Shown here: positions 63,679 to 64,000 of the stretch, piece by piece
Numbering within the stretch: position 1 is the first letter of the stretch
How the letters are laid out: every line of letters starts with the position of its first letter
Assembly (NCBI GenBank): GCA_002633005.1
Contig: NMRA01000340.1
Location: 186,001-250,000 of the forward strand
Length of the DNA: 64,000 nt
Direction: 5' to 3'
Source: Phoronis australis
Lineage: Eukaryota > Animalia > Phoronida
The notes under the pieces: model-generated
The model's database searches: none
Seen by the model: only the letters and a program-made list of their open reading frames with translations
Told to the model about the DNA's origin: nothing
Made by a program: the position numbers and the translations under genes

Positions 63679-63799
63679 GATACATTAATGTAACCCAGTA
63701 ACCTGCATATTGCCAGATACATTAATGTAACCCAGTAACCTGCATATTGCCAGATACATTAATGTAACCCAGTAACCTGTATATTGCCAGATACATTAA
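63679..63799. repeat. ~37 bp tandem repeat, 3 copies, in the last PPP5C intron
   Basis: GATACATTAATGTAACCCAGTAACCTGCATATTGCCA. Confidence 0.9.
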
Positions 63800-64000
63800 C
63801 ACAGGTGAGAAACATGACCGCTGGTCCTCTAAATAGGACCGACTCACCCAAAACAAGACTGACGCACCTAAAAACATGACCGCCCCACCACAAAACAGGA
63901 CCGCCGAGGACTGAACATGTATTTATCAAAGGCCTTTGTATGATACTGCTGGTTATGACGTAACCGGTCAGCTAGCTGTGTAAAGACTTTCGCCAAATTA

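Noticed and set aside
63540-63722. 60 aa minus-strand ORF from the track
   Set aside because: Wrong frame; the real coding sequence is the PPP5C terminal exon 63634-63575.

Overview
This is AT-rich, intron-rich invertebrate animal genomic DNA, probably lophotrochozoan (species not determinable from the sequence); most ORFs in the supplied track are spurious. Four genes were reconstructed by hand from GT-AG splice sites and reading phase. SNAP-25 lies on + (coding exons 14012-46740), LRRC57 on - (54872-50629, tail-to-tail with SNAP-25), NTPCR on + (55091-59915, head-to-head with LRRC57 across 218 bp), and the last coding exon of PPP5C on - (63634-63575). The main discovery is that SNAP-25 appears to have two alternative first coding exons and three tandem 49-nt variants of exon 4 (human exon numbering). 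Only one variant at a time preserves the frame. They keep the SNARE core layers but rewrite the synaptotagmin-binding surface: one is SNAP-25-like, one SNAP-23-like, one charge-reversed. A long inverted repeat encloses the middle variant. Several exons are flanked by degenerate tandem 'echoes' of their own splice junctions. The window also holds LINE fragments, a tRNA-like SINE, MITEs, a dispersed foldback element and two false duplications at single-N joins.
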